Position numbers and translations under genes: made by a program. A stretch of DNA of 63,737 bases, filler included, from Octopus bimaculoides (Eukaryota): NCBI RefSeq assembly GCF_001194135.2. It is 4 parts of 4 records of this genome, joined end to end, with 100 filler letters (N's around TTAATTAATTAA, not from the genome) between each part and the next. Parts side by side here need not be neighbours in the genome. Positions count along the whole stretch, not along the records: positions 21,668 to 47,897 come from NC_068999.1; positions 47,998 to 62,328 come from NC_069001.1; 2 more parts are not named here. One strand, given 5' to 3'. How positions within the stretch are numbered: position 1 is the stretch's first letter; the number at the start of each line of letters is the position of its first letter. Below are positions 36,552-49,480 of this stretch, piece by piece. A model generated the notes under the pieces. The model was not told the origin of the DNA. It did not search any database and saw only the letters and a list, made by a program, of their open reading frames with translations.

Positions 36552-36860
36552 GACGGTGCGTGGCTTAGTGGTTAGGGTATTCGCCTCACCATCGTAAGGT
36601 TGTGAGTTCGACTACCGGCGCAAGACTGTTTATTTCACGTTGTTCAAGTCCACTCAATTAGCAAAAAAATGAGTTGTACTTGTAATTCAAAGGGTCAGCT
36701 TTGTCACGTTCTGTTTCACGCTAAATCTGCCTGAGAACTACGTTAAGGGTGTATGTATCTGTGGATCGCTCAGCCATTTGCACGTTAATTTCACGAGCAG
36801 GCTGTTCCGTTGATCGGATCAACTGGAACACTCGTCGTCGTAACCAACTGAGTTCCAGCT
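36552..36860 (+). mobile_element. SINE family C, long variant
   Basis: gacggtgcgtggcttagtggttaggg head; body aattcaaagggtcagc..gagaactacgttaaggg..gatcggatcaactggaac shared with 60229-60615. Confidence 0.85.
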
Positions 36861-37100
36861 ATTGTTATTATGTATATATTTATATATATATATATACTTC
36901 ATTTTTTTCATTTTCATTTTATCTAGTTTCAGCTCATGAGCTGTGACCATGCTGGGGCACCGCCATTTTAAAAATAGATTGCTCTGAAGTAGAGAGCAAT
37001 GTCCATATGTGTTAGAAAGATCGATTGATCTCTTCCGTCCTTGTCAAGGAGAGTGCTAACCGTCTCTCCTTTTTTGCAACATATATCATATATATCATAT

Positions 37101-37145
<45 letters not shown>

Positions 37146-37344
37146 TCATTTCGCATTTGTCTTGCTTCTATATGTTGGTTCCCTGACGATGAATATATGT
37201 GGAATTCCAGCAGCTCTTACTTCTTTGAAGTAGAGTACACATATATTTTGAAAACTGTGTAGGAATTAAAGGAACCTTTATTTATATGCGTTTTGCTCCA
37301 TTTATTGTTATTATTCATATATACATATATATATATATCAACGT

Positions 37345-37500
37345 GATGATCTTCTACACAGTTTCCGTCTACCAAATTCACTCAACAGTCATTGGTCGGC
37401 TCGGGACAAGAGTAGAAGACATTTTTCCCGAGGTGCCGCGCAATGGGATTGAACCCGAAACTACGTCGCTGCAAAGCTAGCTTCTTAACCACAAAGCACT
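37345..37500 (-). mobile_element. SINE B 5' half
   Basis: cagtttccgtctaccaaattcactc..gaagacatt..gggattgaacccgaaac..cttcttaaccac. Confidence 0.8.
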
Positions 37501-37699
37501 CACTTTCTTAGATACGCCTCAACTGAATGCTGGTGATCCGTGTTGATTTTTCTTTTATTCTTATTCGCCGGAGATTAAATTTAAGCAACCGTGGATTAGT
37601 TTGTATTTTGAGTTATCCATCAGTTCCACGGGTTGTAAATTTAGGTTTACTAATATCTTTTTAAACATTAATATAATACAGTGCATGCATAAAGACAGA

Positions 37700-37748
37700 T
37701 ATGTAGGTAGGTAGGTCGGTAGGTAGGTAGGTAGGCAGGCAGATAGAT

Positions 37749-37827
<79 letters not shown>

Positions 37828-37888
37828 AATAGACAGACAGACAGACAGACAGACAGATAGATAGATAGATAGATAGGAGAGAGAGAAG

Positions 37889-37945
<57 letters not shown>
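37700..37945. repeat. (GGTA)/(GATA)/(GACA)n compound microsatellite
   Basis: Direct reading. Confidence 0.95.
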
Positions 37946-37946
<1 letters not shown>

Positions 37947-37974
37947 TATGTATATGTATGTTTGTATGTGCACG

Positions 37975-40900
37975 TCACAGATGCCTTCGGATGTTCATCT
38001 GTGATGTTTTAGGAGTCTTAGAGTGTTTGGGGTCTCTCAGCATCAGACCCCTTTGCCAACTTGACCAAGCCGTAGTTGATTAAGTACCAGCTTTCTGCCC
38101 AGTTGCAGCAAAACCTCCGCTTTGCTGTCTTTATCCAGAGAAGGCTACACAATGACCTCTGCAGCTTCAATGATGGAACTTATGCAGTGTGAACACCCCA
38201 CAAAAGCCCAGTATTCTACTTTAGTTGCACTGCAACTTGCTGGCCGCGCCTGGTTTCTGCACTACTCTACTAGCTCCCGGTATTTAGCAAACGTTCGTTC
38301 ATGAGCATCCTCCAGGGGGTTGTCAGTTCCCACATGATCGCCTATTCAGTGAATTTTGAAAAGATAACAATATCTTGACGGAGTGTCGTTTGTAAAATAC
38401 ATTCTGAGAATTTTAACTGTTCGACGAGATCTGCTCACAGATTCCACTCTGGGACTGTGGACTGTAGACACAGTCGTTGTTGTCTCACTGAACTGAGCTT
38501 CCCTCAAGCTGATAGCTGCGACTGCTAACGACATGATCTTGTGTACCTCATCAGGTCATCAACAGTAGCAGCCTTCGACAAAGTCTCTGGAGAAGCTGCT
38601 TGCGAGATATTAAGGGACTATCTTTCGGAACACAAGGGATAGGAGTGTGCTTCCCACTTGCTCCCAATGTGAAGATTTGTCGGATTTGGTAAATTGCCGT
38701 AAACAACCTGGATTAGAAATCTGATACTCTGGATGTCAGCCCGTCAGAGGTCCGACCATGTGATTTTCTGCTCCTGTATATTGACCTACCTTGTCTAGGC
38801 ACCTCGTTGGCCAGGTCACACTTTTCTACTAGCACGTGCTTTCTGTACACCTGCACGAACTTCTTGGAGGAGATGTTTCGCTCTTTGTCCTTGATGTTAC
38901 CAATCTGGCAGGCTAGAAAGTATCCCAACTCTCAATGTCCTATAACCAAGGTCACAACAAGAACCCTCTGCCTCAACTCTTTCTTTACCGCCTGCAATTC
39001 TCTGGTAGAACTCTACTTCTAATCCGTACAAACATCTACACGGCTTCTGCTACGCTAATATCCATGGAATCTCTGTGTATCGTAGTTTCAGAAGTTTATA
39101 TCAGTAGAAACTGTCCTGAGAGACCGTTGAAGAAGAGTCGTAAGGTTTTTATGAGTCCATACAGAGCGATACTTCTTAAGCTCCTGGAAAACCCAAGCCG
39201 CACCTTAAAAGTTGCTGAACTTCAGGTTTTTCAGAGTTGTCATACTGGCGTCGTATAATGATAGGGGACTCACAAGTCTAGACACTAGGGCTACTAGTAT
39301 ACAAAAGCTTCCATAAGCTACTTATCAACCTGTGTCCTTCAGGCTGTTGTCAAAGAGTTTTCCCAAGCTCTAGACTGGTTGTTCTGTCAAAGTTCAGATG
39401 AATTTTTCCACTACATTTTGTCGCTTCAGCACAATGGACCTTAACTTTCATGGTTTGCGAGGATCCGCCTGGCACCAGCAGTTCCTGATGTAATTACAAT
39501 CTGATCATCCCTGAAGGCTGTCACTCACCGGATTTTGCCTGGGGTCCTTGGCATTCCACCACTGCTGACTCGAACACCATATCCATGACGAGAGAAAAAT
39601 AGGTTTACTGGAACGGTGCAGCCACTTATGAGATCTTTTTTCCAGCCTGTGCCCGACTGATACTGGAAGTTGCAATGATAATCCAGAATGCAGTCGTTGA
39701 CCGTAATAGGGATGTGGTATCTTCGATGGGTCTCCTATACCCGTTTGTGTGACATGAACCCGTAAACGTTTGCAAGTTCCAACCATAGAATTTTCAAATT
39801 CCCTTGCTTTTCTTTGCTTCGCTTAGAAGTTGCGTAACTGTCTCCGTTTGCTCTAGGCATCAAGTGTTCGAGCAATCCCTACTTTTCTGTACCTATGTAT
39901 CAATACACTTATTTATGAAGAGCTTCTTTAGTCGACGAGACAAGACACTGAGGAATATCTTTCCTTCAATGCTGGGTGGCGAAATGGCCCTGATACGATC
40001 GATCCTTCCCAAATTCTCCTCTTTAGGGATTCAAAATCCATCGGTATACCTCAACTGGTTGTCAACCGTTCCTCTCCCATATCCTTTTCAGCATCTTTCC
40101 CCGGTTGTTGAAGGAATCTCGGACAATGTTTACAGACATTGTACGGTATTCCACTGGACGCTAGAGCAGAGATCGACCTTGACAACTCACTGAACTTCCG
40201 TCCAGCTTAACTCGTTCATGTCAAACTCGTTCGTTGTCAGTGATGAGCTTCTAAGGATTTTGTTTTGACAAAGTTCATGCTCTCTTCCAGGGTCATCTAG
40301 GATGTTATGAAAAAAGGTGTTTACTTGTTTCTGCTGAACAATCGAGGTTGCCGTTTTGATTGTAACCAAGTAAGCGCAGGAGTGGCTGTGTGGTAAGTGG
40401 CTTGCTTACCAACCACATGGTTCCTGGTTCAGTCCCACTGCGTTGCACCTTGCGCAAGTGTCTTCTACTATAGCCTCGGGCCGACCAAAGCCTTGCGAGT
40501 GGATTTGGTAGACGGGAACTGAAAGAAGCCCGCCGTATATATGTATATATATATATATATGTATGTATGTGTGTTTGTGTGTCTGTGTTTGTCCCCCCAC
40601 CATCGCTTGACAACCGACGCTGGTGTGTTTACGTCCCCGTAACTTAGCGGTTCGGCAAGAGAGACCGATAGAATAAGTACTAAGCTTACAAAGAATAAGT
40701 CCTGGGGTCGATTTGCTCGACTAAAGGCGGTGCTCCAGCATGGCCACAGTCAAATGACTGAAACAAGTAAAAGAGTAAAAGAGTAAAAGAGTAAAGTACC
40801 ACCTTGGATGCAAATATGGCCATTTCTTTTCTTGGTCATCTCTGCTTTTCTGTTCTACAAAGGATGATCAACTTCTTCCTCAGGATACCTTGCAGCTCTG

Positions 40901-41270
40901 CTTGTGGACGGCTTTGCTCTTCACTGACTCCTTGGTACGGATTCCTGACAATCCTCATCTCCTGCCTCAGCTGATGTATTTTGGCGTCTCTGCAGTTTTT
41001 TCCTCGTAGGTTTGTTTTTTCATTTTTTCGTTTTATTCCCTACTTCCTTCAGTTTGAATCTAGCAGATACATAGCTAACGCTGATTGTTTTCATTGCTTT
41101 CGACTGGCAGTTGGTTCTAAAGTGTTGTCAGTAAAATCCTGAACAAATTATCTTCAAGCTGTTGTATCTAACTCTTGCTGTCCTCTGGAGGTCATTTGAT
41201 CTACCGAACTACTCTGCGTGGAGTCGACGGTACAGGCACATGGAGGGACTTAACACTTTGATATTTTCCT
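37975..41270 (-). mobile_element. Decayed HERO/NeSL-like (R2-group) non-LTR retrotransposon: RT, zinc knuckle, RLE
   Basis: Minus-strand peptides across stops and frameshifts: KIHQLRQE..LRKKL (~40900); TTNEFDMNELSWTEVQ (~40200); WLELANVYGFMSHK..SGCTV..DDQIVIT (RT, ~39480-39780); ITWSDL..IRFLIQVVYGNLPNPTNLH..YPLCSER (~38640-38760); WELTTP..AHERTFAKYRELVE (RLE, ~38250-38340). Confidence 0.9.
40373..40793 (+). mobile_element. Full-length young family B SINE inserted in the HERO element
   Basis: Complete head to (AAAGAGT)n tail with CpGs intact; probable TSD aagta at 40368-40372 and 40794-40798. Confidence 0.9.
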
Positions 41271-41288
41271 CCATCATCACTATTGTGT

Positions 41289-41328
<40 letters not shown>

Positions 41329-41371
41329 ACACGTATATTCATGTTTATAAATACATATAAATACACATATA

Positions 41372-41845
41372 AGGCGCAGGAGTGGCTGTATAGTAAGAAG
41401 ATTGCTTCCCAACCACATGATAGCGGGTTCAATCCCACTGCGTGGCACCTTGGGCAAGTGTCTTCTACTATAGCCTCGGGTTGATGAAAGCCTTGTCAGT
41501 GAATTTGGTAGACGGAAATTGAAAGAAACCCGTCATATATATATATATATATATATGACGGATTTCTTTCAATTTCCGTCATATATATATATATATATAN
41601 NNNNNNNNNNNNNNNNNNNNNNNNNNNNNACACTTGTGTGTTTGTGTCTGTGTTTGTACCCCTACCACCATTGCTTGACTACCGATGCTGGTGTGTTTAC
41701 CTCCCCGTAACTTAGCTGTTCGGCAAAACAGACCGATAGGATAAGTATTGGGCTTACAAAGAATAAGTCCAGAGGTCGATTTGCTCGACTAAAGGCGGTG
41801 CTCCATCATGGCCACAGTCAAATGACTGAAACAAATAAAAGAATA
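41372..41845 (+). mobile_element. SINE family B with an internal inverted duplication
   Basis: aaggcgcaggagtggc head to gaaacaaataaaag tail; palindrome at 41511-41580. Confidence 0.85.
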
Positions 41846-42035
41846 TATACGCCGAAATGAACATACATAGATACATTTATGAGTGTATATGTGTGGATAT
41901 ATATATATTATATATTGTTTTCCTATACATTTAGCTCTCTCTCTCTCTCTCTCGTATATGCACGTTTTCGTTAAAATAACTGTCTACAAATGCACCAGCA
42001 ACGTATATCTTTCTCTCTCTCCCTCCATCTCTCTT

Positions 42036-42066
<31 letters not shown>

Positions 42067-42354
42067 AAATGATCTACAAAATGATCCAACGCTACACTTC
42101 ATTTTGTCTTTCACTGTCATTCTCTCCCCTTCCTTTCCTCTTTTCTTCTCTCTGCCTGTCCCTCTCTTTCCACTCCTCTTTAGATATTATATTACAAGCT
42201 ATCAATATCTTAAGTATATCTGTTGTTTGTAGTAGTGGTTCTTATAGCAACCGTAGAACAAATTACTATAATATATCTAAGTTGTTTTCATAGCAAATCT
42301 ATAGCAAATCGATCCAGTAAATTGAAATTCAGCATTAAATGTTAATAAAGGGTG

Positions 42355-43215
42355 AAAGTAGGCGTTACGTTGCGTTGGCAGAGTCGCTACAGCATTGAAT
42401 AAAATACTTTGCTATATTTAATTACAGCTTCTTGCGTTCTCGGTTCAAATCCTGCCAAAGTTAACGTAGTCTTTCATTCTTCCAGTATCGATAAAATTAA
42501 TTTGTACGAGTCAAGTACTGAAGGCTATATAATCGAAAGTATTCTCCCTTCAAAATTCCTAATTGTTCATCATTTGTTGTTGTATGTCTCTGATTTTAGA
42601 AAGGTCAAGCGATTGACCGAATTCATATGAGGATAAATGTTGTAATAGTATCAAGAGGAGAAGTAATTGTGAAAGAAGAGAATAAATAATATTTATTTAA
42701 CGAAGGCGGTGAGCTGGCAGAATTGTTAGAACGCCGAGCGAAATGCTTAACGCATTTCGTCCCTCTTCATGTTCTGAGTTCAAATTCCGCCGAGGTCGAC
42801 TTTACCTTTCATCCTCTTGGAATCGATAAATAAGTACCAGTTGAACGCTGGAGTTGATGTAATCGACTTATCCCCTTCCGTGAAATTGCTGGCCGCCCGA
42901 GCATGGCCGCAATCAAATGACTTAAGTAAAAGATAAAATATAAACGATAACGGAAGAAAGCGTTAGAATGCGTTCATTAGAGCGTCGGACAAAATAACAT
43001 GTAGCATTTAATTCGAGCTCTTTACGTTCTGACTTCAAATGTCACGGAGTTGGAAGAAGAAAAAGAAAAAGAAGAAGAAGAAAAAGAAGAAAACTGCAAC
43101 CGAGAAAGACTGCCATAGTTGATATTTATCGTAATGAAGGCGGTGAGCTAGCAGGATCGTTAGCACGTCGGACGAAACGCTGATCTTGTGCCAAAATTTG
43201 AAATCAATATCCATT
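42355..43215 (+). mobile_element. Run of family A SINEs of different ages (approx. 42355-42605, 42703-42940 chimeric with a B tail, 42965-43030, 43135-43215)
   Basis: Family A motifs at each position. Confidence 0.75.
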
Positions 43216-43354
43216 GTATTAGATATTTTCCTTCAATGCTTTCCAAGTAATCTTTTCGTTAAAAGAGTAAGTTATAGTTTTTTTTGCATTAATCGCTACG
43301 GTATTCGCTAAATGAACCAAGTTATAAACAAACTGTTTCAAATTAAGAATATCA

Positions 43355-43590
43355 ATTGCTACAGAAATATTGCTTTCAAATTTTGGCACAAGGTCAATAA
43401 TTTCGGGGGAGGGGATAAGTCGATAACACCCACCCAATACTCAACGGGTACTTATTTTATTTTATCGACACCGACAGGGTGAAAGGCAAAGTCAACTTCG
43501 GCGGAATGTGGACTCAGAATGTAAAGACGGACGAAATGCCGCTAAGCATTTTGACCGGCGAGCTAACGATTCTGTCAGTTCACGGCCTTA
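43355..43590 (-). mobile_element. SINE family A
   Basis: Reverse complement of the unit. Confidence 0.85.
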
Positions 43591-45029
43591 AATCATAATA
43601 TTATAGTGGAAGTTAGTAGTGTTAGATATGTTCGGTGTAAGGGATGTTATGATATTTGTAAGGCGATGATGGGTTTAAAGAAACGTTAACGTGTAGAAGA
43701 AAATGCCATTATATTCTGAATTCAAATCTCATCGAAATAACAGTTGCTTCCATCCTTTCAGAGACGATAAAATAAAATACTTATCCGAGGCAGTAAAATA
43801 GCAGAATTGCTTAGAGCCAAAGAGAGATAAAATGATTTGTGATATTTGTTTCGGATCTTCACGTTCTGATTTTCGAGTACGATGACACTGGTACCAAGTT
43901 GTGTCGGACCAAGTCTTTTTCTTGGATGGCGTCAATAGCATTGATGGGAGAGACTTGCTCCATAGACAACTGCTAGTCTTGTCCAGGCCTGCGTGAAAAA
44001 AAACTCCCCGGATACGTGACCGATAGATATGTTAGAAACTACTTACAAGTGAGTGGGTAGAATATACTCAGTATTCGTTGTTATGAAGTTGGCAGCTGAT
44101 GTGTAGAACACTTGTGAATAGTGTCACCGAATGTAGGTAAAAGCTAAACAAGCTACTTCTTCGGGTTTCTCAAGCAAGAAAAGCCTACAAGTGTTTCAAG
44201 TTTTGTGAGATCTTCTGGTTTCAAATTTTTAACAAAGAGCCACCAAGCTTTATATAGCTTAGGGTTCCACCAAGTCTATATCCAACACTGTTGTAGAAGT
44301 TGTGCTATAATGTTGGACGTTAATGATAGAATGCGAGCTACGAATGTTGTTACATATTGAAAGCATCTTGATTAAGTATGCTCCGTTAGTAATAGGGCTA
44401 TTTATCAGATTGTGTGTAATATCATACACCATGCATCAAGAATTATTAATATCGATTTTCCTGTCATACTGAATTGATATAGTCAATCTTTTGTATTTGC
44501 TATGATTCTTACATACGCACTCACATAACTACATATAACTATGTGTGTCTCCATGTATTCCATGTCCCAATGTTTGCATGCTGTTTCTGTTAGGTCGACT
44601 GACCACAATAGAAGTTCTCTTGCTGTCTTGTTCTCACGTGTGTTTCTATGTGATATTTTAATTTATTTGTTGTGTATTTTAATGTATTTATGCTTTAATT
44701 TATTATAATTTTTTTTTCTCCTACAAGCATAATTATCCTAACAATACGGTTGCTCCCCTGGAGAACGATTGTTGAACGTGCTTGGATTGAATATTGCCAT
44801 AGTAAAGTGTTTATTTGAAAGTCAATCTCCTTTTGAAGTTAATTATCAATAGGTACGATTGTTGTAGCCACAAATCAACGAAGCACGTTGCTAGAAATAA
44901 CAATGAATCTCCCTCAATTTACACACCACCGTCTTCAAAAAGATTAAGAAATTAGTTTTGGCGGTGGATGCACTATTCTATACTATAAATTGCAGTGTTC
45001 TTGATTGCTTGATTGATTGATTGATTGAT

Positions 45030-45806
45030 TGAGTGTCGGCAGATTCACTCGAGAACGGTGCAGTGGAATCGCGTGAAATTCAGCACAGAGCGGCAGCATG
45101 GTCCGCTCATGTTCAGGAGATTGTTATTGCCCTCCAACTCCCATGGTTACCGAGATAATCGGTTATTACTTTTTAAGATAGGAATATCCCATTCAAAGTG
45201 GGGAGGGGCGATTTTGTTGCCTTTCCCATGCGCGAAATTTTACGAAAGACCAGCACAATAAAGATTATTTTTTTCCAAGTAATGTGGCTGGGTTTGTTTT
45301 TAATCAGAGGCTTAGAAAAAACATAATTTCAATTTTCTGTGCATTAAAAAGCCAAAGCTGTTAGACGCTGGCGTACAGCGATCGATATATACGCAGTGAA
45401 CGTTTTCTCCATTTGCGTGCAATAAAGCTTAGGGAAAGCGAGTGTAACATCGAAATAACTTGAAAAGAATGCATGTGGGAACGCCGTTATAATGAATGCT
45501 CATTTAAATGTATTTTGCATGGAGTTGCAGGCTGGTTCTTCTCAAGTTTATGCATTTTCAGTTTCAATGTGTTTCAAATAAGTAGTGACAATTGAAGGTG
45601 ATTGCAAAGACAAAGAACTACCTGTTTTTTTTAACAATTTTAACGGTGAGAACATTGGACAAAATATGTTATTGACATTAATAGTTTGTACCTCAGCTAA
45701 TTACTGTTGAGGACTGCATAATCCATGTGTCATGTTAGAGATCTAAAAGGCATTTTCGAATTTCATTATTTTCTTTAATCCAGGCAACGCTGGATATTTC
45801 TGCTAG
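45030..45806 (+). mobile_element. Non-autonomous Helitron (left boundary uncertain)
   Basis: 3' end ccaggcaacgctggatatttctgCTAG|T: short hairpin followed by a CTAG terminus. Confidence 0.6.
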
Positions 45807-45829
45807 TTTCTAAATAAAAGACGAGTTGG

Positions 45830-46160
45830 TCATCAATCCCATCAACACTGTACAGATCACCGCCGACTACTACTACAACATCTACCACCACTGCCACCAA
45901 CAATAATGTAAACAGCTACCTTCACCGCTACTGCTTCCTAGCTACAGCTAGCCATCCACCACCGCTCCCTGTGACCTCTTCAACCATAGGCAGCACCGTT
46001 TTGGGGGATCTGCTACTACTACTACATTCTCCCGTTGCTACCACCACTATGCAGACAAAGCAGGGTCACTGCCCGTACAGCAATCATCATGGCAGAATCT
46101 ACGTAAACTTACATTCCTGATGATGGACCTTTATGCTTGAAATATAAAAATGTTATACTT
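45830..46160 (+). mobile_element. Penelope-like terminal relic with a degenerate hammerhead
   Basis: C/A-rich tract, then acattc-CTGATGA-tggacctttatgctt-GAAA-t-ata-aaaatgt. Confidence 0.45.
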
Positions 46161-47204
46161 ATCTTTCCCTTTTTGCATTTTAAGTTCGCTCTCCGTATTT
46201 GTTATTTGTTATTTCTTCGGTATCACAATGATTTAAGTAAACTACAACGCTCTTCTTTCATATTTGGAAATAAGTTTATTCAATCAAGGTTTCTTGTGGT
46301 TGTTGAAAACATGCTGTCATATTTTGTTTATTTCCGTCTGTTCGTCCCCAATAACATCTCGGTCATACGACACTTGTTATATTTGTGGTCTTTTAGATTC
46401 AAAGTCTTTCTACTGACCCAAATCTTCCTGGCTTAATCATAGACGTAACAGCAGTAACCATGAATCCATGACTATTTTCAGGGTCTCGTTTACTGATAGC
46501 TTACAAAGATGAAGCAGGAATATTTAACAATTGCACAACCTAGAAATCGAACTCTGATCACTATATCCAATGTAAAAGACGCAACTAAAGAACGAGATCG
46601 TGATTCGCTCAAATATTAGCGACGTCGTCAAGAAAAATGTGATCACTCAAGACTTCATGTGGAACCGGGACGAATAACAGTTTCATCTTTGGCACGCACT
46701 TTCTGAAAAGGTATCGGTTTTATATATTCAACGCATTTTAGCCACTAAGCAGCAAACAGTAGTAGTGGACTAGCAGGCAGACCAGAGCAGTGTCAGAACA
46801 CCAAAACAATGGACGACAACGACAATAACCCATCCTAACCAGCTAACGCCAAGAAACGCGATGGAGGCTACTTTATTCAGCAATACACCATAAAAGCTTC
46901 GAACTATCTTCGTGTAATCACTATTTCTTTATGGCTTGTAGTAACGACAACATTTATTGTGTTAACGATAAGGATAAATATTTTTCATTTAAAATCTCAA
47001 ACAGATTTTTGTATCCTCTATCGTAGCACATGATAGGAAAGTTGAGACGAACGACATTATTAGTAGCAACACAAAATTTACACTGCCATCTCTCAGCATC
47101 TTGCTCAATCCTATTTAACATTCTCAGAATTACGTCGGTGCATATTTTTCACTCCTTCGTAGTATCCATTTTATAACGACTATGAAAATAGCTATCCACC
47201 AGGT

Positions 47205-47295
47205 AATACAGGGTGCGGTAGCAGAACAAACACTCAGATTCTCCATTCTTGGTAAATGTTTCAACAGTGAACGCGTGGTATTCACCAGTCCAAAC
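47205..47295 (-). mobile_element. Tc1/mariner transposase N-terminal fragment
   Basis: MVWTGEYHAFTVETFTKNGES resembles the N-terminal HTH of some Tc1/mariner transposases; TIR-like tacagggtgcgg adjacent. Confidence 0.45.
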
Positions 47296-47319
47296 CATCA
47301 TGCTAATTGAAAACAACCG

Positions 47320-47545
47320 TAAAACATTCTTTCCTACTCTAGGTACAAGGCGCGAAATTTTGGGGGAGGGGGCTAGTCGATTAGATTGACCCCAGTGCAC
47401 AACTGGTACTTTAATTTATCGGCCCCGAAAGAATGAAAGGCAGAGTCAACCTCGGCGGAATTTGAACTCAGAACGTTGTGGCAGACGAACTACCTCTAAG
47501 GATTTCGCCCGGGGTGCTAACGTTTCTGCCAGATCACCGCCTTTC
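47320..47545 (-). mobile_element. SINE family A
   Basis: Reverse complement of the unit; CpGs retained. Confidence 0.85.
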
Positions 47546-47821
47546 AACAGTAAAACATTAGCTTCATGAAGATACCGTTACCACCTCCCTAACTTCACTT
47601 GCGGTAGAGTATGACAGAAAGACTACGGGACGTTCTTCTACTCAGCCTGTACTAGAGAATGCATTGTGAAACTGATGAGAGATGTTTTGTGTTTCTTAGA
47701 TCTTTTTTCCTTCTGTCTATTGTCCTCTACTAAGTTTCAGACTGACCGAAGCCTCGTGAGTCGATTTGGTAGACGAACATTGAAAGCAGGCCATCGCATA
47801 TAGATATATGTGTGGTGTGTT

Positions 47822-47897
<76 letters not shown>

Positions 47898-47997
47898 NNN
47901 NNNNNNNNNNNNNNNNNNNNNNNNNNNNNNNNNNNNNNNNNTTAATTAATTAANNNNNNNNNNNNNNNNNNNNNNNNNNNNNNNNNNNNNNNNNNNN

Positions 47998-48032
<35 letters not shown>

Positions 48033-48459
48033 CATATACATATATATACTCATACATATAATGCATACATGCATGAAAAGAGAACACGGAATATTTATAA
48101 GTATTGTTAAACCTTTAGAACTAACTGTAAAATCAGGTCATTATACAATATGCATACTCACACGCACACTCACACACAAACACATCCACGCACACATACA
48201 CATACATACACACACAATATGATATATAATTCATATGTTTGTAGCCAATAGCTAATTTTTCGGCATCACAACTGCCATACTCATAGCTCAAATAAAGTAC
48301 GAATAAAAGCTAAGACGAAATGAATTATAAGAGTCTGGTGATGACATCTTTCTGTCCGTAGGATTCCGGAATGTGGAATATCTTCAAAGAAAAATGGAAT
48401 CTTCTCTTGTAGTCTGTCACGGTCGTAGTTTTAGAAAAACTTACACAGTAGCTTCGGAT

Positions 48460-48727
<268 letters not shown>

Positions 48728-49218
48728 GAGTGAGAGAGCNNNNNNNNNNNNNNNNNNNNNNNNNNNNNNNNNNNNNNNNNNNNNNNNNNNNNNNNNNNNN
48801 NNNNNNNNNNNNNNNNNNNNNNNNNNNNNNNNNNNNNNNNNNNNNNNNNNNNNNNNNNNNNNNNNNNNNNNNNNNNNNNNNNNNNNNNNNNNNNNNNNNN
48901 NNNNNNNNNNNNNNNNNNNNNNNNNNNNNNNNNNNNNNNNNNNNNNNNNNNNNNNNNNNNNNNNNNNNNNNNNNNNNNNNNNNNNNNNNNNNNNNNNNNN
49001 NNNNNNNNNNNNNNNNNNNNNNNNNNNNNNNNNNNNNNNNNNNNNNNNNNNNNNNNNNNNNNNNNNNNNNNNNNNNNNNNNNNNNNNNNNNNNNNNNNNN
49101 NNNNNNNNNNNNNNNNNNNNNNNNNNNNNNNNNNNNNNNNNNNNNNNNNNNNNNNNNNNNNNNNNNNNNNNNNNNNNNNNNNNNNNNNNNNNNNNNNNNN
49201 NNNNNNNNNNNNNATTAT

Positions 49219-49259
<41 letters not shown>

Positions 49260-49262
<3 letters not shown>

Positions 49263-49480
49263 AGGCGGTGACCTGGCAGAATCGTTAGCACGCCGGGTGA
49301 GATATGCTTAGCGGTATTTCGTCTGCCGCTACGTTCTGAGTTCAAATTCCGTCGAGGTCAACTTTGCCTTTCATCCTTTTGGGGTCGATAAATTAAGTAC
49401 CAGTTACGCACTGGCGTCGATGTAATCGACTTAATCCCTTCCTCCAAGCTGCCCTTGTGGCAAAAATTTGAAAACATTAT
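49260..49480 (+). mobile_element. SINE family A
   Basis: Near-consensus copy. Confidence 0.9.

Noticed and set aside
39804-40193. Plus-strand 129-aa ORF (and 38122, 38807, 38935)
   Set aside because: Antisense shadows of the minus-strand HERO-like ORF.
48362-48455. Exon after ctttctgtccgtag (GFRNVEYLQRKMESSLVVCH)
   Set aside because: No good donor before the microsatellite; unsupported.
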